From a virus (lineage: Duplodnaviria; Caudoviricetes), in IMG/VR virus record IMGVR_UViG_3300020595_001672, positions 1 through 61,438 of that record: 61,438 nucleotides of DNA. One strand, 5' to 3'. A program made the translations under genes and the position numbers. Shown here piece after piece: positions 19,007 to 28,327 of the stretch. The notes below the pieces were generated by a model. The model did no database searches. It worked only from the letters and a program-made list of their open reading frames with translations, and was not told the origin of the DNA. How positions within the stretch are numbered: position 1 is the stretch's first letter; the number at the start of each line of letters is the position of its first letter.

Positions 19007-20077
19007 TTAGTTTTGAGCTGCTTTAATATACTTACCGTACTTTTCGTGGAACTCGTCGAAGCTTGGCACCTTGTCTGGGTCGATCGGCAACCGATACTGA
19101 GTAAGCGCAAGCTTCATTGCCATAACAACTAGTTCAGTATCAAAGTTCTTCATTGAGAACGTTAAGAACTGTTCGACCTTATCGTAGAACGTATCGTTGT
19201 CAACGTCTTGGCTAAGTTCGTAGCACATGGAAATAATTAGACTATACATAGCACTAATCTCGTCAGTATCGAGGGTATCTACTTTACCTGTCAAGATATC
19301 TGTTGGGTTCGGAAGCTTGCTAGCAACCTTACGATGCGCAATAAACTTAACAGCAAGTCCTTCGCCTACAGAGCCAGCTACCAAGTCCATAAGCGTATCG
19401 TCGTTGTAGTTACCGTTAAGAAAGTCACTTACAAATGACCACGAACGAGGTGTAGCAAACGAACGGCTCGGAGATTTTGGATCAAAGTCGTACAAGTCTT
19501 GCTTGCTAAAGTTCAAGTAACCAACAACGTCAGCATGAACCTTGTTAGTAACAGCCCACTCAAACCAGTCATCAAACGATACTGACATTTCCAAGTGTAC
19601 AAAACGGTTAGCCAACGGAGCTGGCATACGGTAAGTAACACCTTTATCACTGTCACGGTTACCAGCAGCAACAATAAGAACGTTGTCTGGCAGCTTGTAC
19701 TGACCAACACGACGATTAAGAATCAGCTGGTAAGCAGCCGCTTGTACTGCCGGCGGAGCAGAGTTCATCTCGTCGAGGAACAGAACAATATGTTCGTGTT
19801 CTTCTGCCATAGCAGCATCGGGCAATTCGCTTGGAGCAGCCCAAACCATTTTACCTTCAGTAGCATTAAAGTAAGGAATACCCTTGATGTCAGTTGGCTC
19901 CCAAAGAGACAAACGAACGTCAATAACATGGGCGTTCATTGACGCACCAACTTGGTGAACAATATCGGATTTACCAATACCCGGAGGGCCCCACAAAAAC
20001 AACGGGCGCTTAGAATCAAAAGCAGCCGAGATAACTTGTTTTGCGGAGTTTGGTGAAGAAGTACGAATCGTGTCCAT
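19007..20077 (-). CDS. MoxR-like AAA+ ATPase
   Basis: GPPGIGKS Walker A, LFLDE Walker B, AAGN, LANRF, TPRSW. Confidence 0.88.
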   Translation of the reverse strand: MDTIRTSSPNSAKQVISAAFDSKRPLFLWGPPGIGKSDIVHQVGASMNAHVIDVRLSLWEPTDIKGIPYFNATEGKMVWAAPSELPDAAMAEEHEHIVLFLDEMNSAPPAVQAAAYQLILNRRVGQYKLPDNVLIVAAGNRDSDKGVTYRMPAPLANRFVHLEMSVSFDDWFEWAVTNKVHADVVGYLNFSKQDLYDFDPKSPSRSFATPRSWSFVSDFLNGNYNDDTLMDLVAGSVGEGLAVKFIAHRKVASKLPNPTDILTGKVDTLDTDEISAMYSLIISMCYELSQDVDNDTFYDKVEQFLTFSMKNFDTELVVMAMKLALTQYRLPIDPDKVPSFDEFHEKYGKYIKAAQN

Positions 20078-20097
20078 TTGCTAAAACCTCTGTGTGT

Positions 20098-20145
20098 TTG
20101 TTTATTAACTGTATATATAATACGACAGTTTAATCAATATGTCAA
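20098..20145 (-). promoter_or_regulatory. Sigma70-type promoter
   Basis: TTGACA (20140-20145)-17-TATTAT (20117-20122); 20098-20123 is identical to 18941-18966. Confidence 0.8.
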
Positions 20146-20528
20146 ATGTTTTTTTGTCGTTCTATTGCTTTTATTAAGCCGTACTTTTCAAGATCGCCGG
20201 AGAATAGGCTTATCTCCATAGCCTTGCGATCGTCAGTAACTTGAATATACTTGGGCGTGAGATAATACGGACAAGTGATAAACTTATCTAAGTAAAGAAG
20301 AACGTTTGTCTTTTGTATATTAGTTTCGGGCGGAAATTCAATTTTAAAAAACTGTATCTCTAGATCGTTTTTAAGAAAGTCTCGCCCGGCAGTGGTTAGT
20401 CTCAGGCCGCCTGTTGATTTACTACGGACATTATACCACCATTCAGTTGAGTAGTGTCTTACATTAGTTTCGTTAGAACTAACACCAGCGCTATTTAAGA
20501 ATATCTTAGTATAAGCTAGTCTATTCAT
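20142..20528 (-). CDS. Hypothetical protein
   Basis: ORF in operon. Confidence 0.7.
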   Translation of the reverse strand: MNRLAYTKIFLNSAGVSSNETNVRHYSTEWWYNVRSKSTGGLRLTTAGRDFLKNDLEIQFFKIEFPPETNIQKTNVLLYLDKFITCPYYLTPKYIQVTDDRKAMEISLFSGDLEKYGLIKAIERQKNI

Positions 20529-20805
20529 GATCGTTAGTGTTACCGAACTTTACTACAGTAAATTCACTAGTCTTCCACATAGTGTTTAAGCGTTGTGCCA
20601 AATTACGAGCATGACCTGGATTAGAGAAGCTGGTTTTTTTATATTTAGGCCCCGGGTAGTTAGTTAAACTATTAAAGCTTTTAAGATTAAAAGGTTTACC
20701 TTGATAAAATACTGCCCAAATTGCGTTAGCTTCTAGTACTTGCTCTGTTCTATAGGTGTGCCGATCGGTAAATTCTTTTAGCACTACGGGCTTTGGCCTG
20801 CTCAT
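20521..20805 (-). CDS. Hypothetical protein
   Basis: AAGGA ribosome site; late promoter at 20832-20839. Confidence 0.7.
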   Translation of the reverse strand: MSRPKPVVLKEFTDRHTYRTEQVLEANAIWAVFYQGKPFNLKSFNSLTNYPGPKYKKTSFSNPGHARNLAQRLNTMWKTSEFTVVKFGNTNDHE

Positions 20806-20841
20806 TTTTCGTTCCTTATTATATACGTATATATTTATCGT

Positions 20842-21081
20842 TTACCAATTGTTCCCACCGTCCATCTTGATATCAATGTACTCATAATCTCCAGCGTCTT
20901 TGGTCATTAGAAGTTGCTCTAAGTCTTCTGCATGTCGTGCGAGTAGTTCGGTGAGGCAGTAATGTAGTTTCTTTGCTTTGTCTAGATCCATTCGAATCTC
21001 TTTTTGTCGACTTGACTCAGCGGCTTTCACTAAGCTAAGAAACTGACTAATAGGGGAAGTGTTAATTGGCTGTTTTTGCAT
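20842..21081 (-). CDS. Hypothetical protein
   Basis: ORF in operon. Confidence 0.65.
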   Translation of the reverse strand: MQKQPINTSPISQFLSLVKAAESSRQKEIRMDLDKAKKLHYCLTELLARHAEDLEQLLMTKDAGDYEYIDIKMDGGNNW

Positions 21082-21538
21082 TAGTAATACTCAACTGTTG
21101 TCGCATTTCTATATCGGTCTTAAACGGGCCTTTGCTTTTATAGCGTTCAATAGTAATAAGCTTAGGACAGAAACTCTTAACCCATCCTTTGTTAAACTTA
21201 ATAATGTAGTAGCCTGCGCAATAAATACTCTTAGACTTTTCGCTTTTAGTAAACAACGGTAGCCGACGCTTAATATCGAACATACTATTATATGGGTTAC
21301 AATTTACAGGAAAGTCATGAACTTGATAAGAAGTTTCTTCAACTTCCTGACTTGACGCAGACCAAGTGATACTACCTAACCGATTCTTAATAGAAGACTT
21401 GGACTTACATAATTCTATGGAGCCTTCGCTACTATTTAGAATATAGTGTTCGTTATTATAGGAGATAGTGCCTACATTTTCGCCTCGATCAGTAACGATC
21501 CAAAACTTGTCTTTTAGAATTTCTTTTGCGTTCTTCAT
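21062..21538 (-). CDS. Hypothetical protein
   Basis: ATG 21538 overlaps the RNase H stop (ATGA). Confidence 0.7.
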   Translation of the reverse strand: MKNAKEILKDKFWIVTDRGENVGTISYNNEHYILNSSEGSIELCKSKSSIKNRLGSITWSASSQEVEETSYQVHDFPVNCNPYNSMFDIKRRLPLFTKSEKSKSIYCAGYYIIKFNKGWVKSFCPKLITIERYKSKGPFKTDIEMRQQLSITNAKTAN

Positions 21539-22524
21539 GCTTGGTACCTCGCTTGGAATGGTGGTGCATACTGCTCGACAGCAGCAGCAACCCGCTGCAT
21601 ATCCCATTTGTTACAGAACTTTAGTAGCCGAATGCCTACTTGTGACAAGTCTTTAGGCTCTGTTGTTTCTGTATGAATAGTCTGGTTAATCTCGTCACGT
21701 ACATTATCAGGCTGCGCAGTTAAGTCGCATAGTAGTACATTGCGATTGTAGTCATCAATTACACGATGCTCGTCGCCGTTATGATCAGTCCAGCGTTGTA
21801 GCATCATGTTATTCCAGTTAAAGCCTTTAGTAGACATATCGTTGTATGCTTCTAATAGTCCTACTTTGTTCTTAGTGCCTTTCTTGCGCACACCGGGGTA
21901 CGCACTAAAGATGTTATCACTAGTGTCGCCACGCATACACTTCTCAAACAACAGCCATTGTGGGTCCGGCGCAGGCTTTTCTACACCAGTCTTCTTGTCA
22001 ATTACACGTTCGCCTTTATCGTCGAAGTAACCTTCGTGTGTAATAGTAGTGTTGCTAACGCCGTTGTACTGTCGTACATTAGGAGCAACCAGTTGCGCAA
22101 AGTCACCGTCTGTGCTAATAATAACGTGATTATCGTTAGGATGAGCTTGAACCCAGCCAGCAATCAAATCGTCTGCTTCTAATACAGGGTTTTGTAGTAC
22201 AGTACAGTTAGTTTTTGTACGTACAAAGTCTTTAAACTCGTCGAAGATCTCAAAGAATACACGATCTTCTTCTGCTTGCGCAGGAGTCATCTTGTCTCGA
22301 GTCTCTTTGCGATTGCGCTTGTAAGGTTCGTATGCGTCCTTACGCCAGCTACGGCCTTCTAAGCAAAAGACAACATGGTCGGCATTGAAGTCTTGCCACG
22401 CCTTCTTAACGCTGTTAAGTGTAATATGCAAGGCCATGCCAACCTTGTCGTCGAGGTTCCCGCGAACTACATGTCGAGCTCGAAAGAACGTGTTCATTGT
22501 ATCAACTAAAATGTAAGTGCTCAT
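21535..22524 (-). CDS. rnh: T4-type RNase H / 5'-3' exonuclease (FEN family)
   Basis: ILVD, YKRNRK, EADD, STDGDFAQL, GDTSDNI. Confidence 0.88.
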   Translation of the reverse strand: MSTYILVDTMNTFFRARHVVRGNLDDKVGMALHITLNSVKKAWQDFNADHVVFCLEGRSWRKDAYEPYKRNRKETRDKMTPAQAEEDRVFFEIFDEFKDFVRTKTNCTVLQNPVLEADDLIAGWVQAHPNDNHVIISTDGDFAQLVAPNVRQYNGVSNTTITHEGYFDDKGERVIDKKTGVEKPAPDPQWLLFEKCMRGDTSDNIFSAYPGVRKKGTKNKVGLLEAYNDMSTKGFNWNNMMLQRWTDHNGDEHRVIDDYNRNVLLCDLTAQPDNVRDEINQTIHTETTEPKDLSQVGIRLLKFCNKWDMQRVAAAVEQYAPPFQARYQA

Positions 22525-22530
22525 AGTATT

Positions 22531-22559
22531 ATAGTAGTATATATCTACTCAGAAGTCAA
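22531..22559 (-). promoter_or_regulatory. Sigma70-type promoter, likely leaderless transcript
   Basis: TTGACT-17-TACTAT with only 6 nt before the ATG; no SD. Confidence 0.6.
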
Positions 22560-22567
22560 CCTAGTTT

Positions 22568-22933
22568 TTAAGAAACTTCTGATTTACCTTTATCAATAGG
22601 AACAACATTAATATAGCCCATCTCTCGATCGGCGGTTTGGCCATCTTCTTGAAGCATTTGAGTTACAACAGATCTAAACCATTTGTCTACAATTTCTTCT
22701 TGACTTTCACCTTTATACCCAGCATCTATTAGTTGTTCAATAAACTCGTTATTCCAATCGAGCTCAAAGAATCCGTTCTTAATATTTTCTGGATTAACTT
22801 GTGTATCAATTACAGCAATATAAGGTTCGCCACGCTTAGTTGCCGCTTCTTTAGGATCAACCTCATCAAGAAGCTTGAGTTTTTCATCCTCAAGCTTGTC
22901 AATGCCCATCATACGTTTAAATAGATTTTTCAT
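22568..22933 (-). CDS. Hypothetical protein
   Basis: ORF in operon. Confidence 0.7.
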   Translation of the reverse strand: MKNLFKRMMGIDKLEDEKLKLLDEVDPKEAATKRGEPYIAVIDTQVNPENIKNGFFELDWNNEFIEQLIDAGYKGESQEEIVDKWFRSVVTQMLQEDGQTADREMGYINVVPIDKGKSEVS

Positions 22934-22934
22934 A

Positions 22935-23102
22935 TTAGTACTCTACCATTTGTTGAAATTCGGACATAGATAGTTCTAAGTTAGGATTAACTTTTGCTGT
23001 GTAACGAACATCGTGCTTAGTAAGTTCACGATTAATAATTTCAATTTCGTTAAACAGATTTTTGACTTTAGTAATTAGTTCTTCGACTTTAGGATCTTTC
23101 AT
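22935..23102 (-). CDS. Small hypothetical protein
   Basis: ATG 23102 overlaps the queE stop. Confidence 0.55.
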   Translation of the reverse strand: MKDPKVEELITKVKNLFNEIEIINRELTKHDVRYTAKVNPNLELSMSEFQQMVEY

Positions 23103-23995
23103 TATGTTCCCCATGCGTTGCCAAATAATGAGATATGAAGCCGAGGCGTAAACCTCCAGCCACGCTCCATACAGATTTCTGCCACTTCTTGTACATTCAT
23201 GTTGTACTCTTCTGAACGTCCGCCTAGTGGCATACAGTATACTGGACATTCGATGCCAGCAGCACGATAAGCATCAACTGCTCGAGCAACTTCGTCGATA
23301 TCGTCTTTGTCTGCTACAACAAACTTAAAGTATATATTGCTACCGTCGACAAGACTGTACTCGTGAGCAACATTAGGCAAGATAGCAGTATCCCAAGGTT
23401 CTCCGCTTACACTAAGTTTAGGTGAACAACTCCATGTAACTTCGAAGCGATCTTGGTCGTTAAGATAGTTATAAAAATCGTCGTGTAGCTGTTGTGTAGT
23501 GTTTGTTTCAAACGTAACGTTCTTTAAATCTGCCATTCGAGGATGTTCGAACAGTTCGATGTATAGTCGTTGCCAAGCTAGCAAAGGCTCGCCACCTGTA
23601 AGAATCAAGTGAATGTCTTGACCATTGTCCATAGTCCACTTGCCTTCTGGAGTAAGACTCAGCAAGTGTTCTACTACTTCTTCAACTTCTGCTTGACGAT
23701 TGAAGTGTTTAAACTCAGGGTAGATACTTGCGTAAGTGTCGCACCCTGTGTGAATAATAGGCAGGTCTTCAAACTTTTCTGTAGTTTGGTGTACACCTGC
23801 GTCGATTAGTTCTTTAACTTCTGCGTTATAGCGTTGCCCTTCGGCATGTTGTTCCCAACGATCTTTTTTGATGCCAGTGCCAAAGTTCATACAACGAAAG
23901 TTACAACCGAAGGTACGTAGGAACACACTAGGTACTCCTACGTATTTGCCTTCGCCCTGAACTGAATAAAATGCTTCTGAATAGCGTAATTTCAT
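23102..23995 (-). CDS. queE: 7-carboxy-7-deazaguanine synthase (radical SAM)
   Basis: EAFYSVQGEG, VFLRTFGCNFRC...GCDT, LTGGEP, ETN, SPKL, PRLH. Confidence 0.88.
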   Translation of the reverse strand: MKLRYSEAFYSVQGEGKYVGVPSVFLRTFGCNFRCMNFGTGIKKDRWEQHAEGQRYNAEVKELIDAGVHQTTEKFEDLPIIHTGCDTYASIYPEFKHFNRQAEVEEVVEHLLSLTPEGKWTMDNGQDIHLILTGGEPLLAWQRLYIELFEHPRMADLKNVTFETNTTQQLHDDFYNYLNDQDRFEVTWSCSPKLSVSGEPWDTAILPNVAHEYSLVDGSNIYFKFVVADKDDIDEVARAVDAYRAAGIECPVYCMPLGGRSEEYNMNVQEVAEICMERGWRFTPRLHISLFGNAWGT

Positions 23996-24210
23996 TGATA
24001 TGATGTCCATTCTTCTTTGAACTTAGTGTAGCTCCGATCGAGTAACGGAAATTCTAATAGCATAGTATCGAGTTCGACTAACTGTCGAGCAGTAATGCTT
24101 TCGATTTCTGCTACATCGCAGTTTCGGATAATGTACGAATACAGTGCATCGTACATTTCTTCATAAAAGTAGTCTTCCATTACTGCTAGATGTTTTTTTG
24201 AAACTGTCAT
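23992..24210 (-). CDS. Hypothetical protein
   Basis: Coupled ORF. Confidence 0.55.
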   Translation of the reverse strand: MTVSKKHLAVMEDYFYEEMYDALYSYIIRNCDVAEIESITARQLVELDTMLLEFPLLDRSYTKFKEEWTSYQ

Positions 24211-24395
24211 TATAGCTCCTCGAGAATGCCCAAGACTTCAGCAGCAATTAGTAAAGCACCGCCTGCTACAATAGGCATAACTCCTACTGGAGTAAACAGT
24301 ATGCTTACAAATGCTAGTCCGGCAGCAATGCGTACAGCACTCTTTACGAGGCTAATATAAAAGTGTTTCTTGCTTACGTCTACTGGTTCTGCCAT
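24210..24395 (-). CDS. Small membrane protein
   Basis: Two hydrophobic segments; coupled ORF. Confidence 0.65.
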   Translation of the reverse strand: MAEPVDVSKKHFYISLVKSAVRIAAGLAFVSILFTPVGVMPIVAGGALLIAAEVLGILEEL

Positions 24396-24601
24396 TATTT
24401 TTTTCCTTCAATAAAGATCGGCGACGAGCTTACTGAATCGTGATAGTCGCCGTTGCTGTGATATTCTCTAGTTGCTGTTTCACGTACTAGGGAGTGGTTA
24501 TTTTTACGATAAATGATTAGTTCTTTGCGAACAACTCCTTCTGAGTTGCTATCGTACACAGAATGAAACGGGCCAAGTTCTATAGGTTTAGATGCTGCCA
24601 T
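24395..24601 (-). CDS. Hypothetical protein
   Basis: Coupled ORF. Confidence 0.6.
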   Translation of the reverse strand: MAASKPIELGPFHSVYDSNSEGVVRKELIIYRKNNHSLVRETATREYHSNGDYHDSVSSSPIFIEGKK

Positions 24602-25284
24602 TAGTTTGCGTATCCTTGCTGTAATTTAATGTTATCCATAAACTCTTTCTTAGTGCTATGATCGTCATAAAATGCACCTTTAAGAACAGTAGTTTGTGTT
24701 AACGAGCTGTGTGCGCTAATGCCACGATTTTCGCAACAGCCGTGCGTAGCTTGAATGTATACACCGACGTTTTCAGAACCAGTGGCATTCATAATTTCTT
24801 TAGCAATGTCCATTGCTAGTTCTTCTTGTAGTGTACCGCGACGTGCGCACCATTGCGCAAGGCGTGTATACTTACTAAGGCCAATAAGTGTGTCAGCGGC
24901 GATGATACCGATGTATGCTACGCCGCTTACCGGCTGGTGATGATGTGAGCACATGCTTTTTAGTTCACTGCGTACTACTAGCATACCTTTGTAAGGATCA
25001 TTTGTTACGTTAGGAAACGCAGTAGCATTAGGCCGAGCATCATAACGCCCGCTCATAATTTCTTTGTAGTACATTTTCGCAAGTCGCCGAGCAGTATCTT
25101 GCGAGTTAGGATCATTGTCACGATCAATAATAAGTGCGTCTAGAACACCTTCGAACTTTTCAGTAAGATCATCAATCAGTTGTTCTTTTTCGCCTTCGTT
25201 GATAAACTTAGTAATGTTATCATTTGCGTGAAAGCCAGCGTCGGCGTCTTTAATACGCTGGATAATTTCTTCATATTTTTTCAT
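24601..25284 (-). CDS. folE: GTP cyclohydrolase I
   Basis: SMCSHH, IGLSK, LQEEL, ATHGC...RG. Confidence 0.95.
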   Translation of the reverse strand: MKKYEEIIQRIKDADAGFHANDNITKFINEGEKEQLIDDLTEKFEGVLDALIIDRDNDPNSQDTARRLAKMYYKEIMSGRYDARPNATAFPNVTNDPYKGMLVVRSELKSMCSHHHQPVSGVAYIGIIAADTLIGLSKYTRLAQWCARRGTLQEELAMDIAKEIMNATGSENVGVYIQATHGCCENRGISAHSSLTQTTVLKGAFYDDHSTKKEFMDNIKLQQGYAN

Positions 25285-25289
25285 TTATA

Positions 25290-25316
25290 TCTCCGAGTTA
25301 ATGACGTGGATGTCAT
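25290..25316 (-). ncRNA. Candidate folE leader RNA (hairpin plus possible SD pseudoknot)
   Basis: RNA AUGAC-AUCCAC-GUCAU-UAACUCGGAGA; loop UCC is complementary to the GGA of the SD. Confidence 0.35.
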
Positions 25317-25321
25317 ATTTT

Positions 25322-25350
25322 ATTATGCTGTATATTTAGGTTTTTGTCAA
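25322..25350 (-). promoter_or_regulatory. Sigma70-type promoter of folE
   Basis: TTGACA (25345-25350)-17-CATAAT (25322-25327). Confidence 0.7.
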
Positions 25351-25650
25351 CTAAAAGTCAAAAATTTCTTTAACTGATTCCATATCCACAGAATCATCGT
25401 CTTGTCGAGGTACAAGATAAACAACGTTATTGTTATCACGTCCTACATTTTGTACAATATGGAAAGACTTACAGTAGCCCTTTTCTACCCAATCATATCC
25501 CCACTTGTAAGCAGCATCAAAACAGTCACGAAGATCTTGCCAGCGTTCACGCTTAGGCACAAACATAATCTGTCCTGCTACCGACGGTTTAGGAGCATGA
25601 TAAGCATCGTACTTTCGAGTACGAACAATAATATCAGATTCGTCAAACAT
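25351..25650 (-). CDS. Degenerate HIT-like protein
   Basis: P..AGQIMFVPK...FHIVQNVG...VYLVPR follows the HIT layout, but the His triad is absent. Confidence 0.45.
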   Translation of the reverse strand: MFDESDIIVRTRKYDAYHAPKPSVAGQIMFVPKRERWQDLRDCFDAAYKWGYDWVEKGYCKSFHIVQNVGRDNNNVVYLVPRQDDDSVDMESVKEIFDF

Positions 25651-25687
25651 TATAGTATTCCTTTATTTTATATATTGTACAACACTT

Positions 25688-26449
25688 TTATGTAACTGTC
25701 AAGTCATAAGATACAGCAAAATGCCTTGACGTATTTTCAGTTGGCGTGTGATAACACAGAACGTTTTCAATTGTAACATCACCCCGTGTAACACAGCGAT
25801 CTAAATTTGTTACAAATACAGTATGCTTCCATGCTTTTTCTTTTTTAGTTAGCTCGCCTGTTTTCTCGTTGTGATCATACCACATTCCGCCGTCGTTATG
25901 TTGAGTAAATGTACCTAAGCTATCTAAGTGACTGGTAAATTTGTTTCTATTAATTAACGATGTGTGTTCTTTACGTATGCCTGGCTGCTTATGAAAGTCT
26001 CCGATAACAGCACAGTCTCGAGATTTTACAATATCCTTAAAAATATATTTGAGATCTTCTATGTTGTCTTGATCGCTAATGCCGTCGGGTAAAGAACTAA
26101 AGGTAGGATGAATATTTATAATTTGTGTGTTTTCGATGTAGTAGCTAATAGCAACACTGCCAGCGCCGGGCATTAAATGCTTTACTTTAGTGTATGCTGG
26201 TAGTTTGATCTTTTTAACATTAGATAAAATATTGTGCTTTGACGCAGTAACAATATACAATCCGTCGTCTCGTTCGTTCTGCTTTATACAGTGGAAGTAA
26301 GGAAATTGATCAATAATTGAATCAAAGTGATACTCGGGAACACGGGACATGTTAATTAGATCAACTCTATTACTAACACTGTCCCAATATTCTCGAGTAA
26401 ACTGATCAAGAAATCCGTTTGATTCCCACTGTAATACTTTAAGTTTCAT
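25688..26449 (-). CDS. Endonuclease/exonuclease/phosphatase-fold protein
   Basis: VLQW, INIH, VIGDFH, TF, LDRC, SRHFAV (diverged EEP motifs). Confidence 0.5.
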   Translation of the reverse strand: MKLKVLQWESNGFLDQFTREYWDSVSNRVDLINMSRVPEYHFDSIIDQFPYFHCIKQNERDDGLYIVTASKHNILSNVKKIKLPAYTKVKHLMPGAGSVAISYYIENTQIINIHPTFSSLPDGISDQDNIEDLKYIFKDIVKSRDCAVIGDFHKQPGIRKEHTSLINRNKFTSHLDSLGTFTQHNDGGMWYDHNEKTGELTKKEKAWKHTVFVTNLDRCVTRGDVTIENVLCYHTPTENTSRHFAVSYDLTVT

Positions 26450-26930
26450 CTTTTTCCCATGGATATACAATCCACACAGGGTCGCGAGCTTTGTTGATTT
26501 CGCTTGCTACGTATGTCACGTTTGAAAACTTACTAGGCATGTTGTCATGTAATACAGCAACCCGCACATTGTTTCCCCATACATCTTCCCAACGATCGTT
26601 TCCCGGGTAGCAGCTACTACGCCAGTCTTCTTGGATCCAAAGAAGTGTGTTGCCGGTGTCGTTGATGTCGTCGACAATAAGAATCTTTTTGCCGTCGTAC
26701 GCATCTTCGGCCATCCATGTTTTAGATTCTTGTATTTCGCCGTCTCGCAACGCTACTTTAAGAGTTTCGCATGGAATACCTAGTTCGTGTGATAGTAAGA
26801 CTGCTGGCATAAGTCCGCCTCTTGTGAGTCCCACAATGTAGTCAGGCTGCCAGTTGCTTTTGCGAACTTGACTAGCAATTTTCATTGTCATGCTTGTAAT
26901 AGCATCCCAGTTAAAATGTTTTTTATTCAT
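26439..26930 (-). CDS. Type I phosphoribosyltransferase (xanthine/guanine PRT-like)
   Basis: VGLTRGG, ILIVDDINDTGNT, WIVYPW. Confidence 0.88.
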   Translation of the reverse strand: MNKKHFNWDAITSMTMKIASQVRKSNWQPDYIVGLTRGGLMPAVLLSHELGIPCETLKVALRDGEIQESKTWMAEDAYDGKKILIVDDINDTGNTLLWIQEDWRSSCYPGNDRWEDVWGNNVRVAVLHDNMPSKFSNVTYVASEINKARDPVWIVYPWEKDET

Positions 26931-27282
26931 CTTTGTTATTCCAATCATCGATAACTAAATTGTAAGCAGTACGAAATATTTCGTATGCTTTTGCAAACGC
27001 AGGATACTCTCCAGCCATTGCGGTAACTTCGTTTACGCTAGGCATACGTTCTTCCCACAACTGCTGGTCATTTAAATATATGTCGTCGTAAGACATACTA
27101 CTAGAAGCAGACGTAAGCCATGCACCGTTAGTGTAAGTTGACGCTGTTATAGATGACATACTACTACTAGCTGAAGTTAGTGATTCTGTAAAGTTTTTAA
27201 TAGTAGTCATGTCAATAGTTACATCACCGTTGGCTATAGGCAGTGATATGGATCCTGCTTCAACGTTGTTTAATTTGGTCAT
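26923..27282 (-). CDS. Hypothetical protein
   Basis: Ser/Thr-rich ORF in operon. Confidence 0.6.
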   Translation of the reverse strand: MTKLNNVEAGSISLPIANGDVTIDMTTIKNFTESLTSASSSMSSITASTYTNGAWLTSASSSMSYDDIYLNDQQLWEERMPSVNEVTAMAGEYPAFAKAYEIFRTAYNLVIDDWNNKDE

Positions 27283-28327
27283 AAAGTTTATCTCCTGTAA
27301 AGAATGATTCTAGTTTTGCTTTTTGTTTTTCTAGCAAGGGCAAAAATGTATCATAATTTTCCATGTACTGCTTTACTGTAGCTATCACATGTTCTTTAAA
27401 GTGAACATAAGAATCGTAATCTTCAGTCCAGTTACTTGGATATAGGAAGTCTTCCTCTGCCATTTCTGCATAGCTTAGTCTATCAGGTACCATGGGCAAT
27501 GCGTCAACTAAAGCACCTTCATACCAACTAATGCCTAATGTTTCTTGTAGATTAGCGCTAAACACTACTTTTGATTCTGCTAGTAGGGTGTGGTATTCGT
27601 GCTTAGTAAGATTCTGTTCTTGCGCTACAACAAACTGGTATTGCGGAAGCTCTTTAGCTAAGTCTTTAAAAATATCCACTTGTTTCTCAGGCGCAATGCG
27701 ATGTGGAAAAAGAACAATGTCTTTCTTAGTCATGCCTCTGTACGGACCTAGCGCTGTTTCAAGATACTCCATTGGCCAACCAACTTGTACAACAGTTTGG
27801 TTAGCTTTGCGAAGATCGCTGCCGTCCCAATCAAAGAACTCTTCAGCAAACAAGTCAATGTGAAAATCAGTTGCGTAAAAGTTATGATCATAGCAGCTAA
27901 ACATACTGTGTTCTGCTGAACGTACCCAAGGAGCATCGCCAATAAGGCGTCCTAAAAAGTCTTGCGGATCATAGCTACCAGCATGCCACATACCGCCGAT
28001 TTTAATATCAACGCCTAGCAAACTAGCCATATATTTTAATTGAATTACTGTAGGGTTCCAAGCGTCAGTATAAAGAAAGTAATCACCGTTCTTTACTGTA
28101 CCGTTACAAAACATTTCGCCGATTTGTGCGAGCTGATTGCTCTTATATACATTAGTACCGCCGAAATTAAGAAAAGCCCCAGGCGTAGTAGCCTGAGGCG
28201 TTTCTCCACCTGAAATAACAACTACTTCGTCGTTAGTCGCAGCACGAAGCTGTTCAGGTAAATGCGTTTTCCATTGCTTGGTATAGCGTGTATCAACAGC
28301 TTCTATATCAACAATGTATACGGTCAT
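27260..28327 (-). CDS. GT-B (GT4-like) glycosyltransferase
   Basis: HRIAPEK, ETLGISWYEG. Confidence 0.8.
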   Translation of the reverse strand: MTVYIVDIEAVDTRYTKQWKTHLPEQLRAATNDEVVVISGGETPQATTPGAFLNFGGTNVYKSNQLAQIGEMFCNGTVKNGDYFLYTDAWNPTVIQLKYMASLLGVDIKIGGMWHAGSYDPQDFLGRLIGDAPWVRSAEHSMFSCYDHNFYATDFHIDLFAEEFFDWDGSDLRKANQTVVQVGWPMEYLETALGPYRGMTKKDIVLFPHRIAPEKQVDIFKDLAKELPQYQFVVAQEQNLTKHEYHTLLAESKVVFSANLQETLGISWYEGALVDALPMVPDRLSYAEMAEEDFLYPSNWTEDYDSYVHFKEHVIATVKQYMENYDTFLPLLEKQKAKLESFFTGDKLYDQIKQR

